From positions 10,469-74,468 of the forward strand of contig CAZPVH010000004.1 in the NCBI GenBank assembly GCA_964589975.1: DNA of 64,000 nt. The letters run 5' to 3'. This stretch comes from an uncultured Candidatus Saccharibacteria bacterium (GTDB taxonomy: Bacteria > Patescibacteriota > Minisyncoccia > Phycocordibacterales > CSBR16-119). The position numbers were made by a program, and so were the translations under genes. The notes below the pieces were generated by a model. It was not told the DNA's origin, made no database searches, and saw nothing but the letters and a program-made list of their open reading frames with translations. Positions 50,144 through 58,677 of this stretch are shown piece by piece; the stretch's first letter is position 1, and every line of letters begins with the position of its first letter.

Positions 50144-50764
50144 ATGATCAAATTTATATTAGGAAAAAAACTGAATATGACGCAGTTCTTCGACGAAGAC
50201 GGCAAGGTTTTCCCTGCAACTCTCGTTGAGGCTGGCCCAGTCAAAGTCATCCAGGTGAAAACGCCGGAAACTGACGGATATAATGCTATCCAGTTTGGAT
50301 ACGGCGAGATAAAGGAGTCTCGGCTCAATAAATCAACCAAAGGCCATCTAAAAGGTCTCGGAAATTTCCGACACCTCAAAGAATATCGCCTCTCTGAGAC
50401 AAACGATATGAAGGTCGGCGATACGCTTGATGCGGCAACATTCACACCGGGAGATACCATCACAGTAGAAGGCGTCTCAAAAGGAAAAGGATTCCAGGGT
50501 GTTGTTAAGCGCCACGGTTTCAAGGGTGGACGACGCTCTCACGGCCAGAAGCACTCTGAGCGTGAAGCTGGAACCATTTCCGGAGGTGGCGGACGAGCCG
50601 GAGGCCGAGTGGCCAAGGGTATTCGCATGGCCGGCCGCATGGGCGGCGACATTGTCACGGTGAAGAACTTGAAGGTTCTCGCTATTGATGCAGAAAACAA
50701 TCAGATGCTCGTAAAGGGCGCGATCCCGGGTCGACGGGGGACATTGGTAACTATTACCGGCTAG
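50144..50764 (+). CDS. rplC: 50S ribosomal protein L3
   Basis: GKKLNMTQ, SKGKGFQGVVKRHGF. Confidence 0.97.
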   Translation: MIKFILGKKLNMTQFFDEDGKVFPATLVEAGPVKVIQVKTPETDGYNAIQFGYGEIKESRLNKSTKGHLKGLGNFRHLKEYRLSETNDMKVGDTLDAATFTPGDTITVEGVSKGKGFQGVVKRHGFKGGRRSHGQKHSEREAGTISGGGGRAGGRVAKGIRMAGRMGGDIVTVKNLKVLAIDAENNQMLVKGAIPGRRGTLVTITG

Positions 50765-50773
50765 AGATTAGAT

Positions 50774-50899
50774 ATGGATCCCGTTAGAGGCCGCGATCGC
50801 GGACGATAACGGAAAAAAATTTATGAAAACACAAAACTCACAAAAGAATACTGAAGTTTCAGAAACCTCAAGATCGCGATCTGCCTCTAACGGGATGGA
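50774..50899 (+). mobile_element. Start-codon-associated hairpin element (MITE-like), copy 2
   Basis: ATGGA direct repeat (50774, 50895); arms ATCCCGTTAGAGGC-CGCGATC / GATCGCG-atct-GCCTCTAACGGGAT. Confidence 0.75.
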
Positions 50900-51560
50900 A
50901 GCAACCATCTACAACAAAGAAGGAAAAGCAGCAGGGAAAATAGAATTGCCAGCGGATATCTTTGGTCTCTCTTGGAATGCCGACTTGGTTCACCAGGTCA
51001 TGACTTCGATGAACCAGAACGCGCGAGCGAACACAGCTTCGACTAAAGATCGATCTGAGGTCTCGGGTACTGGCGCGAAGCCTTGGAAGCAGAAGGGAAC
51101 AGGCCGCGCGCGACATGGTTCACGCCGTTCTCCAATCTGGGTCAAAGGAGGCGTGGCTCATGGTCCGAATCCTGACCGAAACTACACAAAGAAGATCAAC
51201 AAGAAGATGAGCGCCAAAGCTCTCTTTACCGCAATATCAAAGAAGATGAAAGACGGAGAGGTTCTTTTCGTCGATACGCTCTCGATGGGAGAGATGAAAA
51301 CGAAGGAAGCTGCAAAGGCACTCATGGCTCTTGGTGGCATTACCGGCTTCGAGCGCCTCCAAGGCTCAAAGAAAGTTGTTGCGCACATCGCAACCGCGAA
51401 GCGCGAAGATAATACCGCAAAGAGCTTCAACAACATTCCGTTCGTCGAAGTTGGCGAGATCCGAAACATCAATCTTCTCGACGTCATCAATCATCGTTAC
51501 CTTATCATTGAAAGCCCAAAGGAGTCTGTCGAATTCCTGGCCTCTAAGCTAGCAAAATAA
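50895..51560 (+). CDS. rplD: 50S ribosomal protein L4 (alternative element-derived in-frame ATG at 50823)
   Basis: KDRSEVSG..KPWKQKGTGRARHGS. Confidence 0.95.
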   Translation: MEATIYNKEGKAAGKIELPADIFGLSWNADLVHQVMTSMNQNARANTASTKDRSEVSGTGAKPWKQKGTGRARHGSRRSPIWVKGGVAHGPNPDRNYTKKINKKMSAKALFTAISKKMKDGEVLFVDTLSMGEMKTKEAAKALMALGGITGFERLQGSKKVVAHIATAKREDNTAKSFNNIPFVEVGEIRNINLLDVINHRYLIIESPKESVEFLASKLAK

Positions 51561-51561
51561 T

Positions 51562-51969
51562 ATGGGAATCTTTTCTAAGAAGACAGACGAAAAAGAAGCA
51601 AAGAAGCCAGCGGCTAAAAAGGCGACAAAGAAGACAGAAGACAAGGTTGTCTCTGCAGAACCAAAAGCTTCGAAGCCTCTCAAGGCAGAGGCAATGGACT
51701 TTGCTGGAGTTCTCCGAAATCCTAGGATCACGGAAAAGGCGGCCCATATCTCTGACCAGAATGTTTACACTTTCGATGTTGCGCCAGGCGCTTCAAAGAT
51801 TGAGATTATGAAAGCCATCAAGGCCATCTACAAGCTCTCTCCGATAAAGGTTAACGTTTCCGCTATTCCGACCAAGCGCGTCTTCCGAGCGAAGCACATT
51901 GGCGTGAAGCGCGGTGGCCGAAAGGCTTACGTCTACCTCCGAAAGGGAGACAAGATAGAATTTATTTAA
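51562..51969 (+). CDS. rplW: 50S ribosomal protein L23 with K/A-rich N-terminal extension
   Basis: PRITEKA, KAYVYL. Confidence 0.93.
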   Translation: MGIFSKKTDEKEAKKPAAKKATKKTEDKVVSAEPKASKPLKAEAMDFAGVLRNPRITEKAAHISDQNVYTFDVAPGASKIEIMKAIKAIYKLSPIKVNVSAIPTKRVFRAKHIGVKRGGRKAYVYLRKGDKIEFI

Positions 51970-52022
51970 TTAATTAGCAGTCTGAGAACCATCACTGTTA
52001 CTCACTATAGATTGCAAATACC

Positions 52023-52877
52023 ATGAAGAAATATAAACCAACATCAGCAGGAAGGCGCGGCATGACGGTAGTAACCTACCGCGGCGTCCTTTCTAAATCA
52101 AAGCGCCATAAGCGCTTGTCAGTCGGCAAGAAGGGCCAGGGTGGCCGAAACAATCAGGGCCGCATCACCGTTCCTCACCAGGGCGGCGGCCACAAGCAGG
52201 CCTACCGACAGGTAGACTTCCTCTACAACAAGCAGGATATCCCGGCGAAATTCACGACGGTGGAATACGATCCGAATCGAAACGCTTTCATCTCACTCGC
52301 GGTTTACGCGGATGGAGAAAAGCGCTATGTCGTCTTCCCGAAAGGCGCAAAAATCGGTGACAAATTTATCGTCGGCAAGAACGTAGATGTGAAGACCGGA
52401 AATCGTCTGCCGCTCGTTGCGATTCCAGTCGGTACTTTTGTCTACAACGTTGAGATCAAAACGAACGGTGGCGCCAAGCTTGCTCGTTCTGCCGGATCAT
52501 TCCTCCAGGTCGTCGCTCACGACGAAGGCAAGACGTTCCTCAAGATGCCATCGACCGAAGTCCGCAAGGTTCCTTCAACTGCATGGGCATGCGTCGGCGA
52601 AGTTTCAAACTCTGAGTGGAAGCTTACAAACTTCGGTAAGGCTGGACGGTCTCGCTGGAAGGGCATTCGTCCGACTGTTCGCGGTTCTGCCATGAGCCCA
52701 GTCGATCACCCACACGGAGGAGGCGAGGGCCGACAGGGAATCGGTCTACGCCGAGGACCAAAGACTCGTCACGGAAAGCTTGCGTATGGCGTCAAAACCC
52801 GAAAGTCAAAGAAATACTCAAACAACCAGATCGTTACTCGCCGAAAGACGAAGCGAAATCAGCAGACGGTTGTCTAA
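52023..52877 (+). CDS. rplB: 50S ribosomal protein L2
   Basis: GRNNQGRIT, EYDPNR, DHPHGGGEGR. Confidence 0.98.
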   Translation: MKKYKPTSAGRRGMTVVTYRGVLSKSKRHKRLSVGKKGQGGRNNQGRITVPHQGGGHKQAYRQVDFLYNKQDIPAKFTTVEYDPNRNAFISLAVYADGEKRYVVFPKGAKIGDKFIVGKNVDVKTGNRLPLVAIPVGTFVYNVEIKTNGGAKLARSAGSFLQVVAHDEGKTFLKMPSTEVRKVPSTAWACVGEVSNSEWKLTNFGKAGRSRWKGIRPTVRGSAMSPVDHPHGGGEGRQGIGLRRGPKTRHGKLAYGVKTRKSKKYSNNQIVTRRKTKRNQQTVV

Positions 52878-52908
52878 TAGGTAACAGGAAACAGGTTACA
52901 GGTTACAG
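52878..52908. repeat. Heptamer tandem array (CAGGTTA-like)
   Basis: taggtaa caggaaa caggtta caggtta cag directly after the rplB stop. Confidence 0.65.
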
Positions 52909-52913
52909 AAAAG

Positions 52914-52937
52914 AAAGCGCCCCGCAAGGGGCGTTTT
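52914..52937 (+). terminator. Terminator after rplB
   Basis: AAAGCGCCCC-gcaa-GGGGCGTTTT. Confidence 0.75.
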
Positions 52938-52966
52938 CCCATTCCTACATTTGTTATAATCCTCAC

Positions 52967-53590
52967 ATGAAACTCAATTTCAAATATGACCAAGAGAAAG
53001 ATGTAGAGAACTTCATCAAATCTGCCAAATCCGTAAACAGCAAGAAGCCGACAGGCGTCATGCAGAAATATATTGATATTTACGGAGAGAGCTTTGAGAC
53101 AGAAAAACTAAACGAATTCATTACGGAAATGTTAAATGGTGTAGATGTAAACCAAATCATTTCAGATATTACGGCGAAGTGGTCAGCCATGGAAGATGAA
53201 TTCATCATGCGCTCAGAAAAGATCTTCGGCTGCAAATATCAGGTGGAGGAAGTGACGGTATTCCTTACGACGAATTCCAGATGTACATATAATACGCTTG
53301 AGAAATATTTTTTCGTGAGCATTCCACGGGCAGATGTAGCGCATGTGACGATCATGCATGAGCTTTTACATTTCTATACGAAAGAAGCATTCGAGGATTT
53401 CATACCAAAAGAAAAATACAATGATATAAAAGAAGCGCTTACGGTCTTACTAAACGTAGAATATGCTGACCTGATGGGGGATAAAAAAGACGAAGGATAT
53501 CCTCAGCATACGCAAATGCGCCAGAAAATCATCGACTTGTGGTTAGAAGGCAAAAATATGAAGGAAATAGTGGCTATTTTGGCCGGTTAA
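52967..53590 (+). CDS. Hypothetical protein with HExxH motif
   Basis: IMHELLHFY; TGT-TATAAT-6nt-ATG. Confidence 0.75.
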   Translation: MKLNFKYDQEKDVENFIKSAKSVNSKKPTGVMQKYIDIYGESFETEKLNEFITEMLNGVDVNQIISDITAKWSAMEDEFIMRSEKIFGCKYQVEEVTVFLTTNSRCTYNTLEKYFFVSIPRADVAHVTIMHELLHFYTKEAFEDFIPKEKYNDIKEALTVLLNVEYADLMGDKKDEGYPQHTQMRQKIIDLWLEGKNMKEIVAILAG

Positions 53591-53701
53591 TTTTCTTGAC
53601 TTATACTTATAAATATGGTATGATATAATTAGATAGGGGTTTGGTTGGTTGCTATAGGAGGTTTAATAAGCCTTTTATAACAACCAACTAAATCTTGAAA
53701 A

Positions 53702-53953
53702 ATGACTGGCTACGAAGTCTGCATGGTAGTCCTTGCCCTGTGTGTCGCTTTTCTTGGCCTCACTCTCTTTCTCTACATCAAGACAGGTGACGGTGGCAAC
53801 TGGGAATGGTTTTTTAGTAAGTCATACAGAAAGGAATTTGAATGGCAGAGGCACAAATGGGAGCGTTTTCGCTACCTTAGTCAGGACTATGAAGGTGAGG
53901 AAGTCCCTCCTACAGTAAAGAGCGCGAATGACGATAACGATGACTGCGACTAG
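53702..53953 (+). CDS. Small single-TM protein
   Basis: 83 aa; TTGACT-17-TATGAT promoter upstream. Confidence 0.55.
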   Translation: MTGYEVCMVVLALCVAFLGLTLFLYIKTGDGGNWEWFFSKSYRKEFEWQRHKWERFRYLSQDYEGEEVPPTVKSANDDNDDCD

Positions 53954-54023
53954 GAAAGGTGGCCGGTTTGGGTGAATAACTCAGACCGGCTTTTCGTTTA
54001 TGTCATATGCTAAAATAATTACC

Positions 54024-54491
54024 ATGATGACGCGACGCCAAAAAGTCTGGAGGAACAGAATCATTGTCTTTTTCATTTTTCCGCTAGCCGTAATCCTGCC
54101 TATTGTTTTGATAGACAAGAAGCCTGTAGATGAGAGAGGGGTTGAGGTCCCAGAAGGTCTTGAGCTAAATGAACAGGGGTTTTTGGTTGAAAAAACTGAT
54201 GGAGGTCCAACCGTGGAAGAAGAAACGGCTTGGGCTACTGCGGAGAATGGTTTACCAGCAGGTTGGGCTATTTGGTCTGATGAGATTAGCGGAAGGCCAG
54301 TAGAGAAGTATGCACCGGTAAAAGACATGCCAAGTTTTGTTGTAAAAATAGAGGCTACCATTACTGACAAACTTGTTCGTCCTTACGAGTGTGTTGGTCC
54401 AGATGATGTGGTGTTCTGTGTCGTAGGGAATAATCCTGACGTCCTGCGTTATTTTAAAGTCCTTAAGTACTATTACGAACCAGAAGAATAA
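54024..54491 (+). CDS. Membrane-anchored hypothetical protein
   Basis: TM after basic N-terminus; TGC-TAAAAT-7nt-ATG. Confidence 0.7.
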   Translation: MMTRRQKVWRNRIIVFFIFPLAVILPIVLIDKKPVDERGVEVPEGLELNEQGFLVEKTDGGPTVEEETAWATAENGLPAGWAIWSDEISGRPVEKYAPVKDMPSFVVKIEATITDKLVRPYECVGPDDVVFCVVGNNPDVLRYFKVLKYYYEPEE

Positions 54492-54561
54492 AGACTCGGG
54501 GTTGACGGATACCTTGCTTGATGATAGAAAGGAATTAAACAAGCACTCAAACAAAAGAAGA

Positions 54562-55005
54562 ATGAAGAAAGTATTAGGCATCGACTGCGGGAATGTGATC
54601 CTCTGTCAGATGAACGGCACTCCGGTACAGGGAAGTGTCGAAGCTATCCGGTCCATCGTAGATTCCGGAATGTTCCACGACATCTGGCTGGTGTCGAAGT
54701 GCGGCCCGCGCGTGCAATCGCTTACCCGCGAATGGCTCGCGAATCTTGATTTCTGGAAGCGAACCGGCATAAAGGGTAGCAATATCGAATTCTGCCTGAA
54801 GTTCTGGGAAAAGGGACCGATCTGCGAGCGCCTCGGCGTAACGCATTTCATCGATGATCGGCCGAAAGTACTGAACTGTCTGACTACGGTCGGAACGCTC
54901 TATGCTTTCAATCCTGAACCACGCTCATTGTCGGACTATCAGCGTCCGAACCCCATGATCGTTGTACGCTCATGGGATGAACTCTTGAAGGATCTATTCA
55001 AATAG
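54562..55005 (+). CDS. HAD-superfamily-like protein
   Basis: VLGIDCGNVI and THFIDDRPKV motifs; second Asp of DxD replaced. Confidence 0.65.
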   Translation: MKKVLGIDCGNVILCQMNGTPVQGSVEAIRSIVDSGMFHDIWLVSKCGPRVQSLTREWLANLDFWKRTGIKGSNIEFCLKFWEKGPICERLGVTHFIDDRPKVLNCLTTVGTLYAFNPEPRSLSDYQRPNPMIVVRSWDELLKDLFK

Positions 55006-55091
55006 ATCAAAAACCACCGGCCATTGGCCGGTTTTGTGTTTTCATTGCAATTAATTAAGCAGCAGAGTAGACTTTTTTCAAAACTGAACCA

Positions 55092-55514
55092 ATGGCAAAA
55101 AAGAAAACTCCACGCATGACATATTCGTTCATGGTAGAGGCAACTAAGACAGGCTTTTCGGCTCATTCACTGCAATACGGCGCTGTTGTCGCAACAACAG
55201 GCGATACATTGGAGCAGCTCCGAACAAATGCCGCCGCGGCGATCAATCTGACTGGTAAAGCCAAAGGAACGGTGTCTGCCTGGGATATTTGCCTCAGTAT
55301 GGATGTGCGAACCTTTTTCAAGGGTAACAGGATCCTGAAGGTAGGACCTCTGGCGAAGCGGATCAATATGGACTCTACGCTTCTCTCTCAGTATGTGAGC
55401 GGCAAGAAGAAACCATCCGAAGCACAGATTGCGAGGATTACAGCCGGTATCAGAGAAATAGCCACTGAACTCTCAACGATCTCGTTTCTGGTTCCACAGA
55501 AGAAGCCTGGGTAA
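55092..55514 (+). CDS. HicB-like antitoxin with C-terminal HTH
   Basis: VEATKTGFSA..ATTGDTLEQL N-domain; LAKRINMDSTLLSQYVSGKKKPS HTH. Confidence 0.7.
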   Translation: MAKKKTPRMTYSFMVEATKTGFSAHSLQYGAVVATTGDTLEQLRTNAAAAINLTGKAKGTVSAWDICLSMDVRTFFKGNRILKVGPLAKRINMDSTLLSQYVSGKKKPSEAQIARITAGIREIATELSTISFLVPQKKPG

Positions 55515-55531
55515 CAACCCGGGCTTTCTGT

Positions 55532-55560
55532 TTGACATATAAAACCCTATCTGCTAGTAT
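55532..55560 (+). promoter_or_regulatory. Sigma70 promoter for rpsS sub-operon
   Basis: TTGACA-17-TAGTAT with TG extension. Confidence 0.75.
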
Positions 55561-55677
55561 CCTCTCATTCGGCCTTTTGGCCCGAATTTTTTTGAAAAGT
55601 AAATATTGAGATGGCGGTGAGCCCGAAGGCGACTTCGGAACCACGACCTAGCCATGTATATTGATTTTCGTACTTAA

Positions 55678-56040
55678 ATGACACGATCACTTAAAAAAGG
55701 TCCATACGTAGATATAAAGCTATTGAAAAAAATAGCTGGAAAGAAGCCCCAAGCAACTGGGGTTATTAACACGTGGGCGCGCGCGTCCCAGATCGCTCCT
55801 GAAATGGTCGGGTTCGTTTTTGGCGTGCACAACGGCCGCGAGCACATCAAAGTCCTTGTTTCTGAAGACATGGTCGGACACAGGCTCGGCGAATTTTCTC
55901 CGACCCGTAAGTTCCACCGACATGGCGGTAAGCTAATGAAGGAGCTTGAGCAGAAGAAGAAAGAGGGCGAGGTCGCTGCCGCGCAGGCTGCAAAGGCTGC
56001 CGCTGACGCTGGGTCATCTAAGACGCCAGCTAAGAAATAA
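55678..56040 (+). CDS. rpsS: 30S ribosomal protein S19
   Basis: [22 protein letters not shown]. Confidence 0.97.
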   Translation: MTRSLKKGPYVDIKLLKKIAGKKPQATGVINTWARASQIAPEMVGFVFGVHNGREHIKVLVSEDMVGHRLGEFSPTRKFHRHGGKLMKELEQKKKEGEVAAAQAAKAAADAGSSKTPAKK

Positions 56041-56042
56041 TT

Positions 56043-56495
56043 ATGAAAGCCATACTTAAAAACTATCGGCAGTCTCCACGGAAGGTTCGCCTGGTGGCTA
56101 GATCTGTGCGCGGAAAGACTCCGGCGCAGGCTCTCATGATTCTTGATTTCATGCCAAAGCGTGCTGCTGAACCAATAATGAAACTCATCGTTTCAGCTGT
56201 TGCGAATGCTAAAGTAAATAACAACGTAGACGTTGCCGACCTTATCATCAAAGGCATTGAGATAAATGGTGGTGTAACCCTCAAGCGTTTCCGACCGCGA
56301 GCACGAGGCTCTGCATACCGCATCAACAAACGCACCAGCCACATCGTGGTGACTTTGGACAAGAAGCCTGGAAAGGGTGGCGTTGTCGCCGAGGCTCCAA
56401 AGGCTGAGGCTAAAGTCGCGAAGCCAGCAGCAGCAAAAAAAGCTGCGCCGAAAAAGGCGGCGGTAAAGAAAGCGGTTAAGAAAAAGGCCGAATAA
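56043..56495 (+). CDS. rplV: 50S ribosomal protein L22 with AK-rich tail
   Basis: RQSPRKVRLV, PRARG..INKRTSHI. Confidence 0.97.
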   Translation: MKAILKNYRQSPRKVRLVARSVRGKTPAQALMILDFMPKRAAEPIMKLIVSAVANAKVNNNVDVADLIIKGIEINGGVTLKRFRPRARGSAYRINKRTSHIVVTLDKKPGKGGVVAEAPKAEAKVAKPAAAKKAAPKKAAVKKAVKKKAE

Positions 56496-56499
56496 TTTT

Positions 56500-57186
56500 A
56501 TGTCAAAGAAAGTAAACCCATATTCACATAGACTAGTAGTTCTCCGAGATTGGAAATCTCGCTGGTTTTCTACGGGCAAGAAATTCGCCGAGACTCTAAA
56601 GGCGGATATCCTCATCCGAGACTTCTTGAAGAAGAAGCTTCGCGCCGCTTACATTTCATCTGTTGAGATTGAGCGTTCTCGAAAGGGAGCTAGAATCATC
56701 ATCAAGACTTCACGACCTGGCGTCATCATTGGCCGCTCTGGCGAAGGCGCAAAGAAGCTCCGCGAGGATATATTGAAAATGATGAAGAAGGCTGGTCTTC
56801 CAGTTCTCGAGGAGATGAAGATCGATATTCAGGAAGTTACAAATCCTGACGCAGACGCTCAGATCGTTGCGTATTCTATTGTCGAAGGCCTAGAGAAGCG
56901 ACTTCCGTTCAAGCGTGTTATCAAAATGACTCTTGAAAAGGTCATGGCGTCGCGCGAGGTAAAGGGTGCTCGAATTGTCGTCTCCGGACGATTGAACGGC
57001 GCTGATATGGCTCGTCGAGAGGAAGTTAAGCAGGGCTCGATCCCTCTTCAGACTCTCCGCGCCGATGTCGACTTTGCTCGAGAGCGAGCAGTTCTCTCAT
57101 ACGGAACTCTCGGTATCCGCGTTTGGATTTACCGAGGAGAAGTCTTCGAGAAAGATCGCGCTAATTCAGCCGCTAGGAATAAATAA
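56500..57186 (+). CDS. rpsC: 30S ribosomal protein S3
   Basis: RPGVIIGRSG, SGRLNGADMAR, PLQTLRAD. Confidence 0.97.
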   Translation: MSKKVNPYSHRLVVLRDWKSRWFSTGKKFAETLKADILIRDFLKKKLRAAYISSVEIERSRKGARIIIKTSRPGVIIGRSGEGAKKLREDILKMMKKAGLPVLEEMKIDIQEVTNPDADAQIVAYSIVEGLEKRLPFKRVIKMTLEKVMASREVKGARIVVSGRLNGADMARREEVKQGSIPLQTLRADVDFARERAVLSYGTLGIRVWIYRGEVFEKDRANSAARNK

Positions 57187-57196
57187 CTAAACTTTT

Positions 57197-57622
57197 ATGC
57201 TTTTCCCTAAGAAAGTAAAATTTAGAAAGTGGCAGACAGGCCGGAAAAATCCGGAGAAATTGAAGCGCCCAGATACGCGCGGAAACTCTGTCGACTTCGG
57301 ATCATATGGTCTCAAAGCTGAGTCCATGGCTCGAGTCACTTCTGCTCAGATCGAGTCTGCTCGAAAGGCTATGGTTCGCCACCTCACAAAGGAGGGTAAG
57401 ACCTGGATTCGAATTTTCCCTGATCGTCCTATAACGGCCAAGGCCGCAGAGGTGGGTATGGGTAAGGGTAAAGGAGACCTGAAGGGCTACTGTTTCGAAG
57501 TTCACCCAGGCCGCATCATTTTCGAAGCTGACGGCGCTACACCTGAACTCTGCAAAGAAGCTCTCAGGAAAGCCGGAACGAAATTGCCGTGCAAGACCCG
57601 CGTAGTTGCGAGAAATAAATAA
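57197..57622 (+). CDS. rplP: 50S ribosomal protein L16
   Basis: WIRIFPD, MGKGKG. Confidence 0.97.
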   Translation: MLFPKKVKFRKWQTGRKNPEKLKRPDTRGNSVDFGSYGLKAESMARVTSAQIESARKAMVRHLTKEGKTWIRIFPDRPITAKAAEVGMGKGKGDLKGYCFEVHPGRIIFEADGATPELCKEALRKAGTKLPCKTRVVARNK

Positions 57623-57631
57623 AACTGTAAT

Positions 57632-57817
57632 ATGGCAAATATTGACCTAAAATCAAAGAAAGTCGAGGATCTCGTAAAGGAGATGAATGAAGCGGCTCTG
57701 GATCTACAGAAATCCCGCTTTAACGTCGCCGGCACGAAGAGCCAGAGAGCGAACCCATCAAAGCTCAGGAAGACGATCGCTCGGATAAAGACCGAGCTTC
57801 GCTCCCGAAATAAATAA
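57632..57817 (+). CDS. rpmC: 50S ribosomal protein L29
   Basis: LRKTIARIKT; position. Confidence 0.92.
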   Translation: MANIDLKSKKVEDLVKEMNEAALDLQKSRFNVAGTKSQRANPSKLRKTIARIKTELRSRNK

Positions 57818-57822
57818 ACTAT

Positions 57823-58071
57823 ATGGAAACAACGAACAAAAAACCAAAGACACTCCAGGGTACAGTCGTGAAAGACGGTAATGATAAGACTGTGGTCGTT
57901 TCCGTGCCTCGCTTCGTTAAGCACCCTAAATACCAGAAGTTCTTCAAGAAGGACAAGCGCTACCAGGCTCACGATGAGGCTAACGCTTACAAAGTGGGGG
58001 ACAAGGTAGAGATGGTAGAAGGAAAGCCGAAGTCTAGGACCAAGCGCTTTACCGTAACTAAAAAGATTTAA
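57823..58071 (+). CDS. rpsQ: 30S ribosomal protein S17
   Basis: DKTVVV, HPKY.K, AHDE. Confidence 0.96.
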   Translation: METTNKKPKTLQGTVVKDGNDKTVVVSVPRFVKHPKYQKFFKKDKRYQAHDEANAYKVGDKVEMVEGKPKSRTKRFTVTKKI

Positions 58072-58074
58072 TTT

Positions 58075-58446
58075 ATGTTGCAAGACGGATCAAATGTAAA
58101 AATCGCGGATAACGGAGGCGGAACAGACGCCAGGATCTTCAAAGTTCTTGGCGGTTCTAAACGCCGCTACGCCGAAATCGGCGACTTGGTCGTGATCGCG
58201 GTCAAGAAGGCTCAGCCTCGAAAGATGATCAAGAAGAAAGACGTTCATCACGCTATCGTCGTCCGCCAGCAGAAGCCATTTCGGCGAAAGGACGGATCAT
58301 ATATCTCTTTTGACGACAATGCAGTGGTCATCATCGAAAAGGGCAAGTTTGAGCCAAAGGCTGGACGCATCTTCGGTCCTATTCCTAGAGAGATCGGCGA
58401 GCTCGGTTATCAGAAGATCGTGTCATTAGCCCCTGAGGTTCTATAA
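58075..58446 (+). CDS. rplN: 50S ribosomal protein L14
   Basis: FDDNAVV, RIFGPIPRE, IVSLAPEVL. Confidence 0.97.
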   Translation: MLQDGSNVKIADNGGGTDARIFKVLGGSKRRYAEIGDLVVIAVKKAQPRKMIKKKDVHHAIVVRQQKPFRRKDGSYISFDDNAVVIIEKGKFEPKAGRIFGPIPREIGELGYQKIVSLAPEVL

Positions 58447-58450
58447 TTTT

Positions 58451-58666
58451 ATGAAAATCAAGAAAGGCGACAATGTAAAAGTCCTCACGGGAGGAGACAA
58501 AGGAAAGACTGGCAAGGTCACGCAGGTTTTGCGCGAGGAAAACCGCGTCGTTGTCGAGGGCGTAAATGTCCGAAAGGTCCACAAGAAGAAGACAGCCGGA
58601 AAAGCTGGCTCAATCATCGAAGTCGCCATGCCAATCAACGCTTCTAATGTCGCCGTCGTAAAATAA
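58451..58666 (+). CDS. rplX: 50S ribosomal protein L24 (short)
   Basis: IKKGDNVKVLTGGDKGKTG, PINASNV. Confidence 0.95.
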   Translation: MKIKKGDNVKVLTGGDKGKTGKVTQVLREENRVVVEGVNVRKVHKKKTAGKAGSIIEVAMPINASNVAVVK

Positions 58667-58677
58667 TTTTTAATACC

